A stretch of 63,798 nucleotides of DNA, filler included, from Licmophora abbreviata (Eukaryota): assembly GCA_900291995.1 (NCBI GenBank). It is 18 parts of 18 records of this genome, joined end to end, with 100 filler letters (N's around TTAATTAATTAA, not from the genome) between each part and the next. Parts side by side here need not be neighbours in the genome. Positions count along the whole stretch, not along the records: positions 33,994 to 37,982 come from OLMU01001820.1; positions 38,083 to 42,878 come from OLMU01001821.1; positions 42,979 to 44,636 come from OLMU01001822.1; positions 44,737 to 49,066 come from OLMU01001824.1; 14 more parts are not named here. One strand, 5' to 3'. A program made the translations under genes and the position numbers. This document shows, piece by piece, positions 37,789 through 46,879 of the stretch. How positions within the stretch are numbered: the first letter of the stretch is position 1; each line of letters starts with the position of its first letter. The notes under the pieces are model-generated. The model saw only the letters and a program-made list of their open reading frames with translations. It had not been told where the DNA came from and made no database searches.

Positions 37789-37794
37789 CGTGCC

Positions 37795-38551
37795 ATGCGG
37801 GGGGACCAGCTTTCAGACCATGTGGTCGGGCCCAACGCGATCCTACAGACCGCCGAGGCCCTGCGCGCCGAAGGGGGCGAGGCGCTGACGCGGCATGTCT
37901 TCGCCTCGGTTGGGCTGGGCCATCTGCTGGATCATCCCCCCGCCGACATGGTCGATCAGCGTTGCGCGGCGGCATTGCATGGNNNNNNNNNNNNNNNNNN
38001 NNNNNNNNNNNNNNNNNNNNNNNNNNTTAATTAATTAANNNNNNNNNNNNNNNNNNNNNNNNNNNNNNNNNNNNNNNNNNNNGGTCGATCAGCGTTGCGC
38101 GGCGGCATTGCATGGCGCGGTCTCCCGAATTTTGCCTGCTCCGCGTGCCGAGGCCGTGGCGCAGGATGCCGGGGCGCGGACGGGTGCTTATATCCTTGCT
38201 CACCGCATCCCGGCCCGCGCCCAGATTGTGCTCGGCCTGTTGCCTGCCTTTGTGGCGGGACCCATTCTCTTGCGGGCCATCCGACAACACGCCTGGACCT
38301 TCGCAGGATCGGGCCATGTGAGCACAGGATCGCACAGGGGGCTGTCGCTGACGATTGCCGACAACCCACTGGCCACGCCCGGCTGCCCTTGGCATCGCGC
38401 GGTTCTCGAGACGCTTTTCAGTCGGCTCGTTGCCCCTGATATCTCGGTGAGCGAAACCACATGCTGTGCGCGCGGCGACGCCGCCTGCTGCTTTGTCTTT
38501 CGGCGGGATGGGGCAGGGGCTAGTGCGCCGCAGGCGCAGGCAGACCTGTAA
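37795..38551 (+). CDS. bchJ: BchJ (V4R domain; spans gap 37983-38082)
   Basis: GPNAILQ, YILAHRIP, HAWTFAGSG, ETTCCARGDAAC. Confidence 0.9.
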
Positions 38552-40109
38552 TCTCGACATTCACGCAGGCGGGTTTGCCCGAGGTGAAGGCCCGTTCCAG
38601 CGCCGGGGCTAGATCTTCGAGGCGCGTCACGTATTCGCCATGCGCCCCAAGCCCTGTTGCCGCCAGATCATATCGCGCACCGCTCAAGTCACAGCCGGTC
38701 AGCCGGTCCTGCCCGTAATCGCGGAGCTGGATCTGATGCTCGGCATTCCAGCGCCGGTCATTGCCGATCACGGCGACGAAAGGCAGGTTTTCCCGCGCCG
38801 CCGTCTCGAACTCCGGCAGGTGAAAACCCGCGGTACCATCGCCCATCAGGGCCACGATCCTTGCATCAGGACGAGCCGCGCGCGCACCGATGCCATAGGC
38901 GATGCCGGCGCCGATCGCCCCCGACGGGCCGTTGATGATCCGCCGATCGGCGCGCAGCAGGGCTTGCGCCCATTGGCCGAACTCGCCCCCGTCACAGATC
39001 GCGATACTGTCACGATGGTTCGACAGCGCCTCTTGCACCGCTGCACAAAGCCCGGCCGAGGTGATCTTTCCGGCAGCGTCGGTCGCAGGCGCGGCCGGTT
39101 CCGTGCTCAGTTTATGCAAGGCGCTGTCGCACCAAGCGTGACGCTTTGGCTGCGCAACGGGAGCGCCCATCAGAGCTTGTGCCATGTCGTGCGCATCGGC
39201 CTGTGCGCTCAACACAAGCCGGTCGCCCAGATTGCGCCTTGCACGGTCAAGTTCCGGGGCATCGGGCTGAATGCAGATCCATTGCGCATCGCCCGTGCCG
39301 AACCCCAATGTGAAATCCACCCGCTTGCAGATGACGACGATCAGATCACTGTCACTGAACACCTCTCGCAACCCGCCAAGCGACGGATCGTTGAGCCCGC
39401 GAGGACTTTCCATCGCGACGACCGGCGCTCCAAGTGCGTCACGCAGTGCCTGCGCCAGCCCCGGTGCGCGTGTGTCGTTGAGTGCGGGGCCCAACACGAT
39501 CAGGGGGCGGTCGGCCTTGCCGATGGCGCTTGTGATCCGTGCAAGGGTATCCTCGGCCACCTGTTGGGGTGCAGCACCTGATGATGCGCCGGCAGGATGC
39601 ACATCGGCCGTCAGGATATCGACCGGCAGCGCCATGTGAACCGGGCCGGGACGATCCGCTGTCGCTGCGGTCAGCGCGCGCCCCAAATCCCCCTCGAGCC
39701 TGTCCACGGACGCGGGCCGCAAGGACAACCGTGTGAGCGGCGCGGTGATCGCGGTCTGATCCATTTCCTGAAACGCGCCCCGGCCATCCTGCCCAACCGG
39801 GCTGTCACCCGAAAGCAGCAGAACCGGGGTTTCGGATTCGCTGGCTGAAAATAGCGCGCCTGCAGTATTGGCAAGCCCTCCGCCCGCCGTCACCAGCGCC
39901 ACGCCGATCTTGCCGGTCACTTGGGCATAGGCCTCAGCCATGAAAACCGCGGCGGCCTCATGCCTTGTGTGTACGATGCGGATGCCGGCGGTCAGGCAGG
40001 CGTCAAAAATCGGCATGATCTGGTTGCCCGACAGGGCGAAAATCACGTCGGTTCCGGCCTCCGCCAGCGATTGCGCCAAGAGATCCGCGCCTCGCATCGG
40101 CGCGCTCAT
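38520..40109 (-). CDS. thiamine diphosphate-dependent enzyme (ALS/OXC/Xsc-like superfamily)
   Basis: RHEAAAVFMAEAY, GDG..GND ThDP motif. Confidence 0.85.
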   Translation of the reverse strand: MSAPMRGADLLAQSLAEAGTDVIFALSGNQIMPIFDACLTAGIRIVHTRHEAAAVFMAEAYAQVTGKIGVALVTAGGGLANTAGALFSASESETPVLLLSGDSPVGQDGRGAFQEMDQTAITAPLTRLSLRPASVDRLEGDLGRALTAATADRPGPVHMALPVDILTADVHPAGASSGAAPQQVAEDTLARITSAIGKADRPLIVLGPALNDTRAPGLAQALRDALGAPVVAMESPRGLNDPSLGGLREVFSDSDLIVVICKRVDFTLGFGTGDAQWICIQPDAPELDRARRNLGDRLVLSAQADAHDMAQALMGAPVAQPKRHAWCDSALHKLSTEPAAPATDAAGKITSAGLCAAVQEALSNHRDSIAICDGGEFGQWAQALLRADRRIINGPSGAIGAGIAYGIGARAARPDARIVALMGDGTAGFHLPEFETAARENLPFVAVIGNDRRWNAEHQIQLRDYGQDRLTGCDLSGARYDLAATGLGAHGEYVTRLEDLAPALERAFTSGKPACVNVEITGLPAPAAH

Positions 40110-41617
40110 GATTTCGACATCTTCGACGCTGAGTGATCGCGCACCGATTTGACTCCCGCACGTGCGATCGCCACGACGGTAATCAGCGTCACCGACCAGA
40201 AGAACCACGTGATCGGGCCACGGAACAGCACCTTCCAGTCACTGCCGGACATCAGCATCGACTGGCGGAAATTATCCTCCAGAAGAGGGCCCAGAATGAA
40301 GGCGATCAGGAATGGTGCGGCGGGCACGTGATAGCGCATCATCGCATAGCCGACCCATCCCATGACGAACATCACGCCGACATCGAAGATGTTGTTGTTG
40401 ACCGCGAAGACGCCGTAGATGCACAGCACCAGAACGGTGGGAATGAGCAGCCGCTTGGGCACGTCCGCCACGTATTTGAAGCCGCGGATCGCCGCGCTTC
40501 CGACGATGAACAGGAAGACCGAGCTGACGATCAGGCCCATGAACAGCCCATAGATGATATCCACGTTCAGCACGAACATCATCGGCCCCGGCTGCAATCC
40601 GTGGATCATGAACGCCCCGATGATGATCGCGGTGATGACGTCGCCCGGCACGCCGAGCGCCAGCAAGGGGATCAGCGTCGCACCGGCCACGCCGTTATTC
40701 CCGGCTTCCGAGGCGGCGACGCCCTCGATTTCGCCTTTGCCGAAATTGGCTTTGTTCTTGGAACGCCGCCGCGCCTCGGAATAGCTCAGAAAGGCTGCGG
40801 GCGCCGCCCCGATACCCGGAATGGACCCAAGGAACACCCCGATCATGCTGCCTCGAACGATCGAACGGAAACTCTTGCGATAATCGGCAAAGGTGACCCA
40901 TTTGCTGCCGATCGAGCGCGTCTTGCCCAGATGCGCTGTCGGATGCCAGGCCATCGCAAGAACCTCGGGTATCGCGAACAGGCCGATCAGAACCGCGATG
41001 AAGTTCAAGCCGCCCATCATGTTGGGATCGCCAAAGGTGAAGCGGTTCGTGCCATAGACCAGATCCAGGCCGATCGTCGCCAGCAATAGCCCCAGAAGCG
41101 CCGACAGCGCCCCGCGCAGCAGGCTGTCACCCGACACGCCCGCGATGATCGTGAGCGAGAAGAGGATCAGGGTGAAGAATTCCGGCGGGCCGAAATTCAG
41201 GGCGAAGGACGCCAGCCATCCCGCAAAGACGATCAGCGCCATGTTCGAGATCACGTCCGCGGTGCACGAGGCCCAAAGCGCCATGCCAAGCGCGCGGCCC
41301 GCTTCGCCTTTTTCGGCCATCGGGTAGCCATCGAGAATTGTGGCCGACGAGGCCGGTGTGCCGGGTGTCTTGATGAGAATGGCCGGGATCGACCCGCCGA
41401 AGATGCCGCCCTTGTAGACCCCGAGCAGAAGCAGGATGCCGGTGATCGGCTGCATCGCGAAGGTGAATGGCAGGGTCAGGGCCACGGCCATGGTGGCGGA
41501 CATTCCCGGGATCGCGCCACCGATCACGCCGATGACAACGCCGCCGAAAAGGGCGAGAAAGGATTCGACATTGCCGACAAGGGCAAGTCCGGCAAGCAGG
41601 CTGTCGACAAAGCTCAT
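40106..41617 (-). CDS. tripartite tricarboxylate transporter large permease TctA-like
   Basis: GGSIPAILIKTPGT, ASEAGNNG, LLALGVPG. Confidence 0.93.
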   Translation of the reverse strand: MSFVDSLLAGLALVGNVESFLALFGGVVIGVIGGAIPGMSATMAVALTLPFTFAMQPITGILLLLGVYKGGIFGGSIPAILIKTPGTPASSATILDGYPMAEKGEAGRALGMALWASCTADVISNMALIVFAGWLASFALNFGPPEFFTLILFSLTIIAGVSGDSLLRGALSALLGLLLATIGLDLVYGTNRFTFGDPNMMGGLNFIAVLIGLFAIPEVLAMAWHPTAHLGKTRSIGSKWVTFADYRKSFRSIVRGSMIGVFLGSIPGIGAAPAAFLSYSEARRRSKNKANFGKGEIEGVAASEAGNNGVAGATLIPLLALGVPGDVITAIIIGAFMIHGLQPGPMMFVLNVDIIYGLFMGLIVSSVFLFIVGSAAIRGFKYVADVPKRLLIPTVLVLCIYGVFAVNNNIFDVGVMFVMGWVGYAMMRYHVPAAPFLIAFILGPLLEDNFRQSMLMSGSDWKVLFRGPITWFFWSVTLITVVAIARAGVKSVRDHSASKMSKS

Positions 41618-42105
41618 GGAAGTCTCACGATCGTGCCCTGCGGGATTGCGACCCCTGCGACATGGGCGAAAAAGGCATAGAGCACCAGCGGCACCGCAAC
41701 GGCGCAGATCAGTGCTGCGATCGGATGGCGCGTCCGGACAAGGAACGCCGTTGCGGCAAAGGCCAGCATACAGGTCCAGACCATGCCAAGACGTGGCAGC
41801 AGATACATGATCACGATCATGATCGCGGCCATTCCCGCAAGGCGCATCCATGCGCGGGCGGGATCCTCCGAGGCTTCGTCGAGAGGGGGCTCATCGCCGG
41901 TGTCACGCAGTCCCGCCGCGATCAGACCAAGCCCCGCCAGCGCCGTGAACGCCGCCACCGAATAGGGCCAGAACAGCGGCGACAGGAAGATATTGCGTAC
42001 ATTGCTTGGCGCGGCCACCCATTGGGGAATGGCCACAAAAATCAGCAACAGGGCGGCGATACATGCCCCCAGCCCCAATTGCAGTTGCACGCGTCGATTG
42101 GTCAC
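41614..42105 (-). CDS. TTT small permease TctB-like
   Basis: Four TM segments, C-terminal IPQG; between TctC- and TctA-like genes. Confidence 0.85.
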   Translation of the reverse strand: MTNRRVQLQLGLGACIAALLLIFVAIPQWVAAPSNVRNIFLSPLFWPYSVAAFTALAGLGLIAAGLRDTGDEPPLDEASEDPARAWMRLAGMAAIMIVIMYLLPRLGMVWTCMLAFAATAFLVRTRHPIAALICAVAVPLVLYAFFAHVAGVAIPQGTIVRLP

Positions 42106-42177
42106 GTGATCCCCTCCCTCAAGAATTCACGCCGGGCCCTTGAGGCCCGACGTGAGAATTTTGCGGACGCGCGAACA

Positions 42178-43246
42178 TCAGCCTTCGACGCGCATACCCA
42201 GATCGTCAACCAGTTTGCGGAACGTGTTGTATTGGGTCTCGATGAACTCGTTTGCTTCGGCCGGGTCCATCAGTCGGATCACCGATCCGCGCTCTGTCAT
42301 CTTCTGGAGGAAATCCGCGTCCTGTGTCGCGGTCGCCATCCACGCGCCCCATTTCTGGGCGATGTCGTCCGGCAGGCCCGCAGGCCCGGCGATTCCGGTC
42401 CAGCCCACAAGCTGATGCAGCGCCGGTTTGCCGAGGTCTGCAGCGGTCGGCGCGTCGAAGCCTTCCACCGGCTCGGCCGTGGTCACCAGAATGATCTTGA
42501 GCTGTTCATTGGTCACGAAGCTCGCCAAAGCGGAGGAGTTCGTGCAGATGAATGTCGCCGTGCCGTTCAGAACCGCCGTGGCCGCAGCCCCGCCGCCCTT
42601 CAACGGGATATGGGTGGCCTCGTTAAGCGGATCTTCGATGCCGAATTCGCGCAGCACCATCGCCCCCGCCAGATGCAGCAGAGAGCCGACACCCGAAGAG
42701 CTGTAGGTCACGCCGCCCTCCCGCACCTTGGCGATCAGATCATCCATGCTCTCGATGCCCGACGAGGGGTTCACGGCACAGGCGACGGGATTGATCTCGT
42801 AGACGGTCACAAAGCGGAAATCATCGAGCGTATAGGGCAGGGTGGCTTTCATCGCCGGGTTCACCGAGTGTGAGCCGANNNNNNNNNNNNNNNNNNNNNN
42901 NNNNNNNNNNNNNNNNNNNNNNTTAATTAATTAANNNNNNNNNNNNNNNNNNNNNNNNNNNNNNNNNNNNNNNNNNNNAAAGCATCGTGTAGCCATCCGG
43001 AGCGGCATTCTGTACGGCCACCGATCCCGTGGCGCCTCCCGCGCCCGTGACATTGGCCATGACCAAAGGCTTGCCCACAGCCGTGCCCAGAGGCTCGGCG
43101 ATGGTGCGCGCGGAAATATCCGTGGCGCCCCCGGCGCCGTAGGGAATGATCATGTTGATCGGGCGTTCGGGATATTCGGCTAGAGCGGCGCCGGCCGACA
43201 GCCCGGCCATAAGCGCGCCAGTTGTGAAGATCGTCTTGAGTTTCAT
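42178..43246 (-). CDS. TTT periplasmic binding protein TctC-like (spans gap 42879-42978)
   Basis: Signal peptide, YPERPINMIIPYGAGGATD, APDGYT. Confidence 0.9.
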
Positions 43247-43362
43247 TATATTCCTCCCTGATTTCTTTGGACGGCATCAACCGTAGCATGGAATTCCGCG
43301 CGCCCTTGACTTCGTATATCTTTAAGGGGAGCTTAATAGAAGAAATATTCAATTACAAAAAT

Positions 43363-43379
43363 TGTTAGTTTTGCTAACA
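43363..43379. promoter_or_regulatory. putative LysR operator
   Basis: Palindrome TGTTAG-N5-CTAACA containing T-N11-A, in the AT-rich divergent promoter region. Confidence 0.55.
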
Positions 43380-43389
43380 GAAAGGACCG

Positions 43390-44304
43390 ATGTCGATCAG
43401 AATGCTGCGCACCCTGATTGCGGTGGATGAAAACAGGACTTTCAGTGCCGCGGCGGATGTCGTGCATGTCACGCATGCGGCCGTCAGTCAGCAGATGCGC
43501 GCCCTGGAAGAGGAATGGCAGGTCACCCTGTTCGACCGGTCGCGGCGCACACCGGAACTGACCCCGACGGGCCGCGCGATCGCGGCCAAGGCGCGCGATG
43601 TCGTGCGGGCCTATGACAATATTGTGCCGTCGGTCATCAGCGGCGAAAGCCTTGAGGGCGAGGTTGCGCTTGGCGCGGTGCCGACCACCCTGATCGGGCT
43701 GGCGCCCCTGGCGGTCTCTTTGCTGAAATCGGGCTATCCGAACCTTCATGTGCGGCTTTTCCCTGGATTGACCACGCATCTTCTGGCGCAGATCGAACGT
43801 GGCGCGATCGACGCGGCGATCGTGTCGCGCCCGGTGATCTTGCCGCGCGATCTTGAGTATCGCGAACTTGCGGAAGAGCCGTTGCAGCTGCTCGCCTCGC
43901 AGGATGCCGAGAGCGACGATGCCGTCGAATTGCTGACCACCCGGCCCTTTATCCGCTTCAACCGCGATGCGGTGGTGGGGCGTCAAATCGAATCCTGGCT
44001 CCAGGAGCAGGGCATTCGCGTTCAGGAATCCATGGAGCTCGAGGGGCTGGAAGCTATCTCCAGCATGGTGCTGGCCAATCTGGGCGTGTCGATCGTGCCG
44101 GAAAGCTGCGTGAAAACCTGCAATCCGCTGCCCATCAAACGGCTGCCGCTTGGCCCCAATGCGCCCACGCGCCATTTGGGTCTGATCTTTCGCAAGGACA
44201 ATCCGCGCCACGGCGTGATGACCGGGCTGGAAGCGGCCTTGCTGAAGGCGGTGCAGCTTGGGGAATTTCATCCCGGGGACAACAAGGGCACTCTTCGCGT
44301 ATGA
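43390..44304 (+). CDS. LysR-family regulator
   Basis: TFSAAADVVHVTHAAVSQQMRALE HTH; 304 aa; divergent from the transporter. Confidence 0.95.
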   Translation: MSIRMLRTLIAVDENRTFSAAADVVHVTHAAVSQQMRALEEEWQVTLFDRSRRTPELTPTGRAIAAKARDVVRAYDNIVPSVISGESLEGEVALGAVPTTLIGLAPLAVSLLKSGYPNLHVRLFPGLTTHLLAQIERGAIDAAIVSRPVILPRDLEYRELAEEPLQLLASQDAESDDAVELLTTRPFIRFNRDAVVGRQIESWLQEQGIRVQESMELEGLEAISSMVLANLGVSIVPESCVKTCNPLPIKRLPLGPNAPTRHLGLIFRKDNPRHGVMTGLEAALLKAVQLGEFHPGDNKGTLRV

Positions 44305-44636
44305 CGTCGGACCAGATCGCTTTCGTCGTGGCCGGCGCTGCAGCCGGCGGCTTCATCAACGGCCTCGCAGGCTTTGGCACTGCCTTGTTCGCGCTTGGCT
44401 TTTTCCTCAGCGTGATGCCGCCGCCGCAAGCTGTTGCGGTGACGGTCGTTCTGTCGGTCATCAGCGGCATCCAGGGACTTTGGGTGGTGCGCGCCGCGAT
44501 ATGGGAACGCCCGCGGCGCCTGATGCGCTTCTTGTTGCCGGGGCTTTTGGGCATTCCCTTGGGGATCATCACGCTGGCGGTGATCGACGCACGCACGCTC
44601 AAGCTGATTATCGCAGGGTTTCTGGTGCTTTACGGC
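44301..44636 (+). CDS. TauE/SafE (TSUP) family exporter (3' part in gap)
   Basis: GGFINGLAGFGTAL, P..AV; hydrophobic. Confidence 0.85.
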
Positions 44637-44736
44637 NNNNNNNNNNNNNNNNNNNNNNNNNNNNNNNNNNNNNNNNNNNNTTAATTAATTAANNNNNNNN
44701 NNNNNNNNNNNNNNNNNNNNNNNNNNNNNNNNNNNN

Positions 44737-45243
44737 GCCCGGCAGTCCGAGGGCCTGCGCCTTGCCTGGCTCGAGGAGCCGATCCGCGCCGACAGTCCGC
44801 TTGGTGAGTGGCAAAGGCTGGCGCAAGCCTGTGCTACCCCGCTGGCTGCAGGCGAAAATATCGTTGGGTTTCAGGATTTTGCAGCCGCGATTGAAAGTGG
44901 TGCATTCACTGTGCTGCAACCCGATGTGGCCAAATGGGGCGGCGTGTCGGGCTGTCTGGCGGTGGCCCGGAAAACGGTCGCGGCGGGGCTGCGCTATTGC
45001 CCGCATTTTCTGGGCGGGGGCATCGGGCTTTTGGCTTCGGCGCATGTGCTGGCGGCGGCTGGCGGTGACGGGATGCTGGAACTCGATGCCAACGCCAATC
45101 CGCTTCGCGATAGCTTCGTGGCTCAACACCCTGTTACCGAAGGCGCATTTCCGATTGCCGAAGGCCCCGGCCTCGGCATCGACACCCTGCCTGATGAGAT
45201 CGCAGACTTCCGCACGCTGACCTTGGACAGCGCAGGCGGTTGA
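44737..45243 (+). CDS. mandelate racemase/muconate lactonizing (enolase superfamily) enzyme, 3' part
   Basis: Frame open from the gap: WLEEP, AAGEN, LQPDVAKWGG, CPH. Confidence 0.88.
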   Translation, partial: ARQSEGLRLAWLEEPIRADSPLGEWQRLAQACATPLAAGENIVGFQDFAAAIESGAFTVLQPDVAKWGGVSGCLAVARKTVAAGLRYCPHFLGGGIGLLASAHVLAAAGGDGMLELDANANPLRDSFVAQHPVTEGAFPIAEGPGLGIDTLPDEIADFRTLTLDSAGG

Positions 45244-45255
45244 CCGGCCTTTCCT

Positions 45256-45924
45256 TCAGCCGATCAGTTCCTCGTCGCGGTCATCCGTCTCGCCAAACCG
45301 TTTGAGCACCGCAGGCCGGGTGCCTTCATAAACGCGGGCGAGGTTTTCCGAGATCTTGGCGTTCTCACGCTCGAAGAGGCAATTGCCCTCCATGTCAGAC
45401 GCCACGATGAATGGCCCCATCCGGTTGCATTTGATGACCCACATGGCCTGCGCAAGCCCCAGTTCCTCGTGCCAATGGACAGCCTCGACATTCTCGACGC
45501 CGCGCCCGAGCAAAGCCCCTGTGCCATAGCCCACGGTGGACAGGTAGACCGCGCCATTGGGCACGAAATAGTCCTTGTAGTCCTTCGAGGACATGCCGCC
45601 CTTGCCGATAATCAGCTTGGCGCCGGTCTTGGCGATCCATTCGGGCAGCCATTTGGCAAAGCGGAAAGAGGCTGTCGCGGTCACGGCGCCCATGTCGAAA
45701 CTGCCATCCTCGCGGATCACCGCAGCGGGCGAGCAATGAAAATTCGCGGCACTCTGCGAAGGCAACTCCATCGGGATATTGGCCTTGTCATCGAGTGCGC
45801 GCATGTAGACGCCTTCGCGGGCCGTGTACATCAGCCCATCGAGATAGACGATATCTCCCAGCCGAAGCTGTGCAATCTCTTCGTCGGTCGGGGTGGTGCT
45901 CAGCCGGACCTCACGCGGTTTCAT
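45256..45924 (-). CDS. class I fumarate hydratase / L-tartrate dehydratase beta-like subunit
   Basis: LRLGDIVYLDG..TAR, IIGKGGM; coupled to the alpha subunit. Confidence 0.85.
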   Translation of the reverse strand: MKPREVRLSTTPTDEEIAQLRLGDIVYLDGLMYTAREGVYMRALDDKANIPMELPSQSAANFHCSPAAVIREDGSFDMGAVTATASFRFAKWLPEWIAKTGAKLIIGKGGMSSKDYKDYFVPNGAVYLSTVGYGTGALLGRGVENVEAVHWHEELGLAQAMWVIKCNRMGPFIVASDMEGNCLFERENAKISENLARVYEGTRPAVLKRFGETDDRDEELIG

Positions 45925-46879
45925 GATCGGCCTCCTGCAAGTCGGGTTGCCAGTCCACGGTCTCGCGGCGCTGGTAGTCTGTGAACCAGTCGGGGTCGGT
46001 GCGATACGCCACCCGGCCATCCGGCCAGAGCCGCGCCACCGCCCGGCGCGAGCTGAGGCAGAAGGCATGCACGCTCATCTGCATGCCGCCGGTATGACAA
46101 TAGCCCACCTCGATATTGCAATCGATCACCATGTTCTTGCCCACAAAGCCCATGGCCCCCATGCCGATGGAATTGCCAAGCTCCTTGAATTCATCTTCGA
46201 GGGCCGCGATCTTCGGGTCGGAATTGCGGCTGCCCACGGTGCGCAAGGTGGCGGCGCGCTTGCCGAGCACCATGCAGGTGTCTTTCGATCCGCCAAGCCC
46301 GATGCCGATGATCGCCGGCTGACAGGCCAGCCCCCGCTTGCCGAAGGCCACCAGCGTGTCGAGATAGAACCGCTTGATCCCCTCGATTCCGTCCGAGGGA
46401 AAAAGCATCCGATAATCTGTACCGAACAGCCCGCCCTTGTGCACCGTGATCAGGTCGATCCAGTCGCCTTCCGGTTCGAAACCGTATTCGATTTCGGGTG
46501 CGCCGATGCCGACATTGTTGTTGTGATCGGTGCGCCAAAGGGGATGGACGCGGTTGGGCCTGAGCGGGACGCCGGTGGTGGCATTGGCCGTGGCGCGGCG
46601 CAGGGCCGTTTCCAGAGCGCACATGCCGCCTTCGACCTGCGCCTCATTGCCCATCTTGACGAACCAGCGCGGCACGCCCGTATCGCCGCACATGGCGCGC
46701 CGGTCTTCCTTGGCGGCGGTGTAATTCTCGAGCATGGCCTGCAGCACAAAGGAGGACAGATCGCCATCCTCGGTTTCGGCGGCGGCCTTCAGCCCTTCGA
46801 GGTAATCCTCGGGGATTTCGATGGCTGCCTTGTCCATCAGGGTTTCGGCGGTCTTCTGAATCAGGTCTATGGGGATCAT
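45911..46879 (-). CDS. class I fumarate hydratase / L-tartrate dehydratase alpha-like Fe-S subunit
   Basis: AMCGDTG, ACQP.IIGIGLGG, GMGAMG, CH. Confidence 0.88.
   Translation of the reverse strand: MIPIDLIQKTAETLMDKAAIEIPEDYLEGLKAAAETEDGDLSSFVLQAMLENYTAAKEDRRAMCGDTGVPRWFVKMGNEAQVEGGMCALETALRRATANATTGVPLRPNRVHPLWRTDHNNNVGIGAPEIEYGFEPEGDWIDLITVHKGGLFGTDYRMLFPSDGIEGIKRFYLDTLVAFGKRGLACQPAIIGIGLGGSKDTCMVLGKRAATLRTVGSRNSDPKIAALEDEFKELGNSIGMGAMGFVGKNMVIDCNIEVGYCHTGGMQMSVHAFCLSSRRAVARLWPDGRVAYRTDPDWFTDYQRRETVDWQPDLQEADHETA

Noticed and set aside
37950..38115. 33-bp direct repeat in bchJ
   Set aside because: Contig-end overlap across the linker
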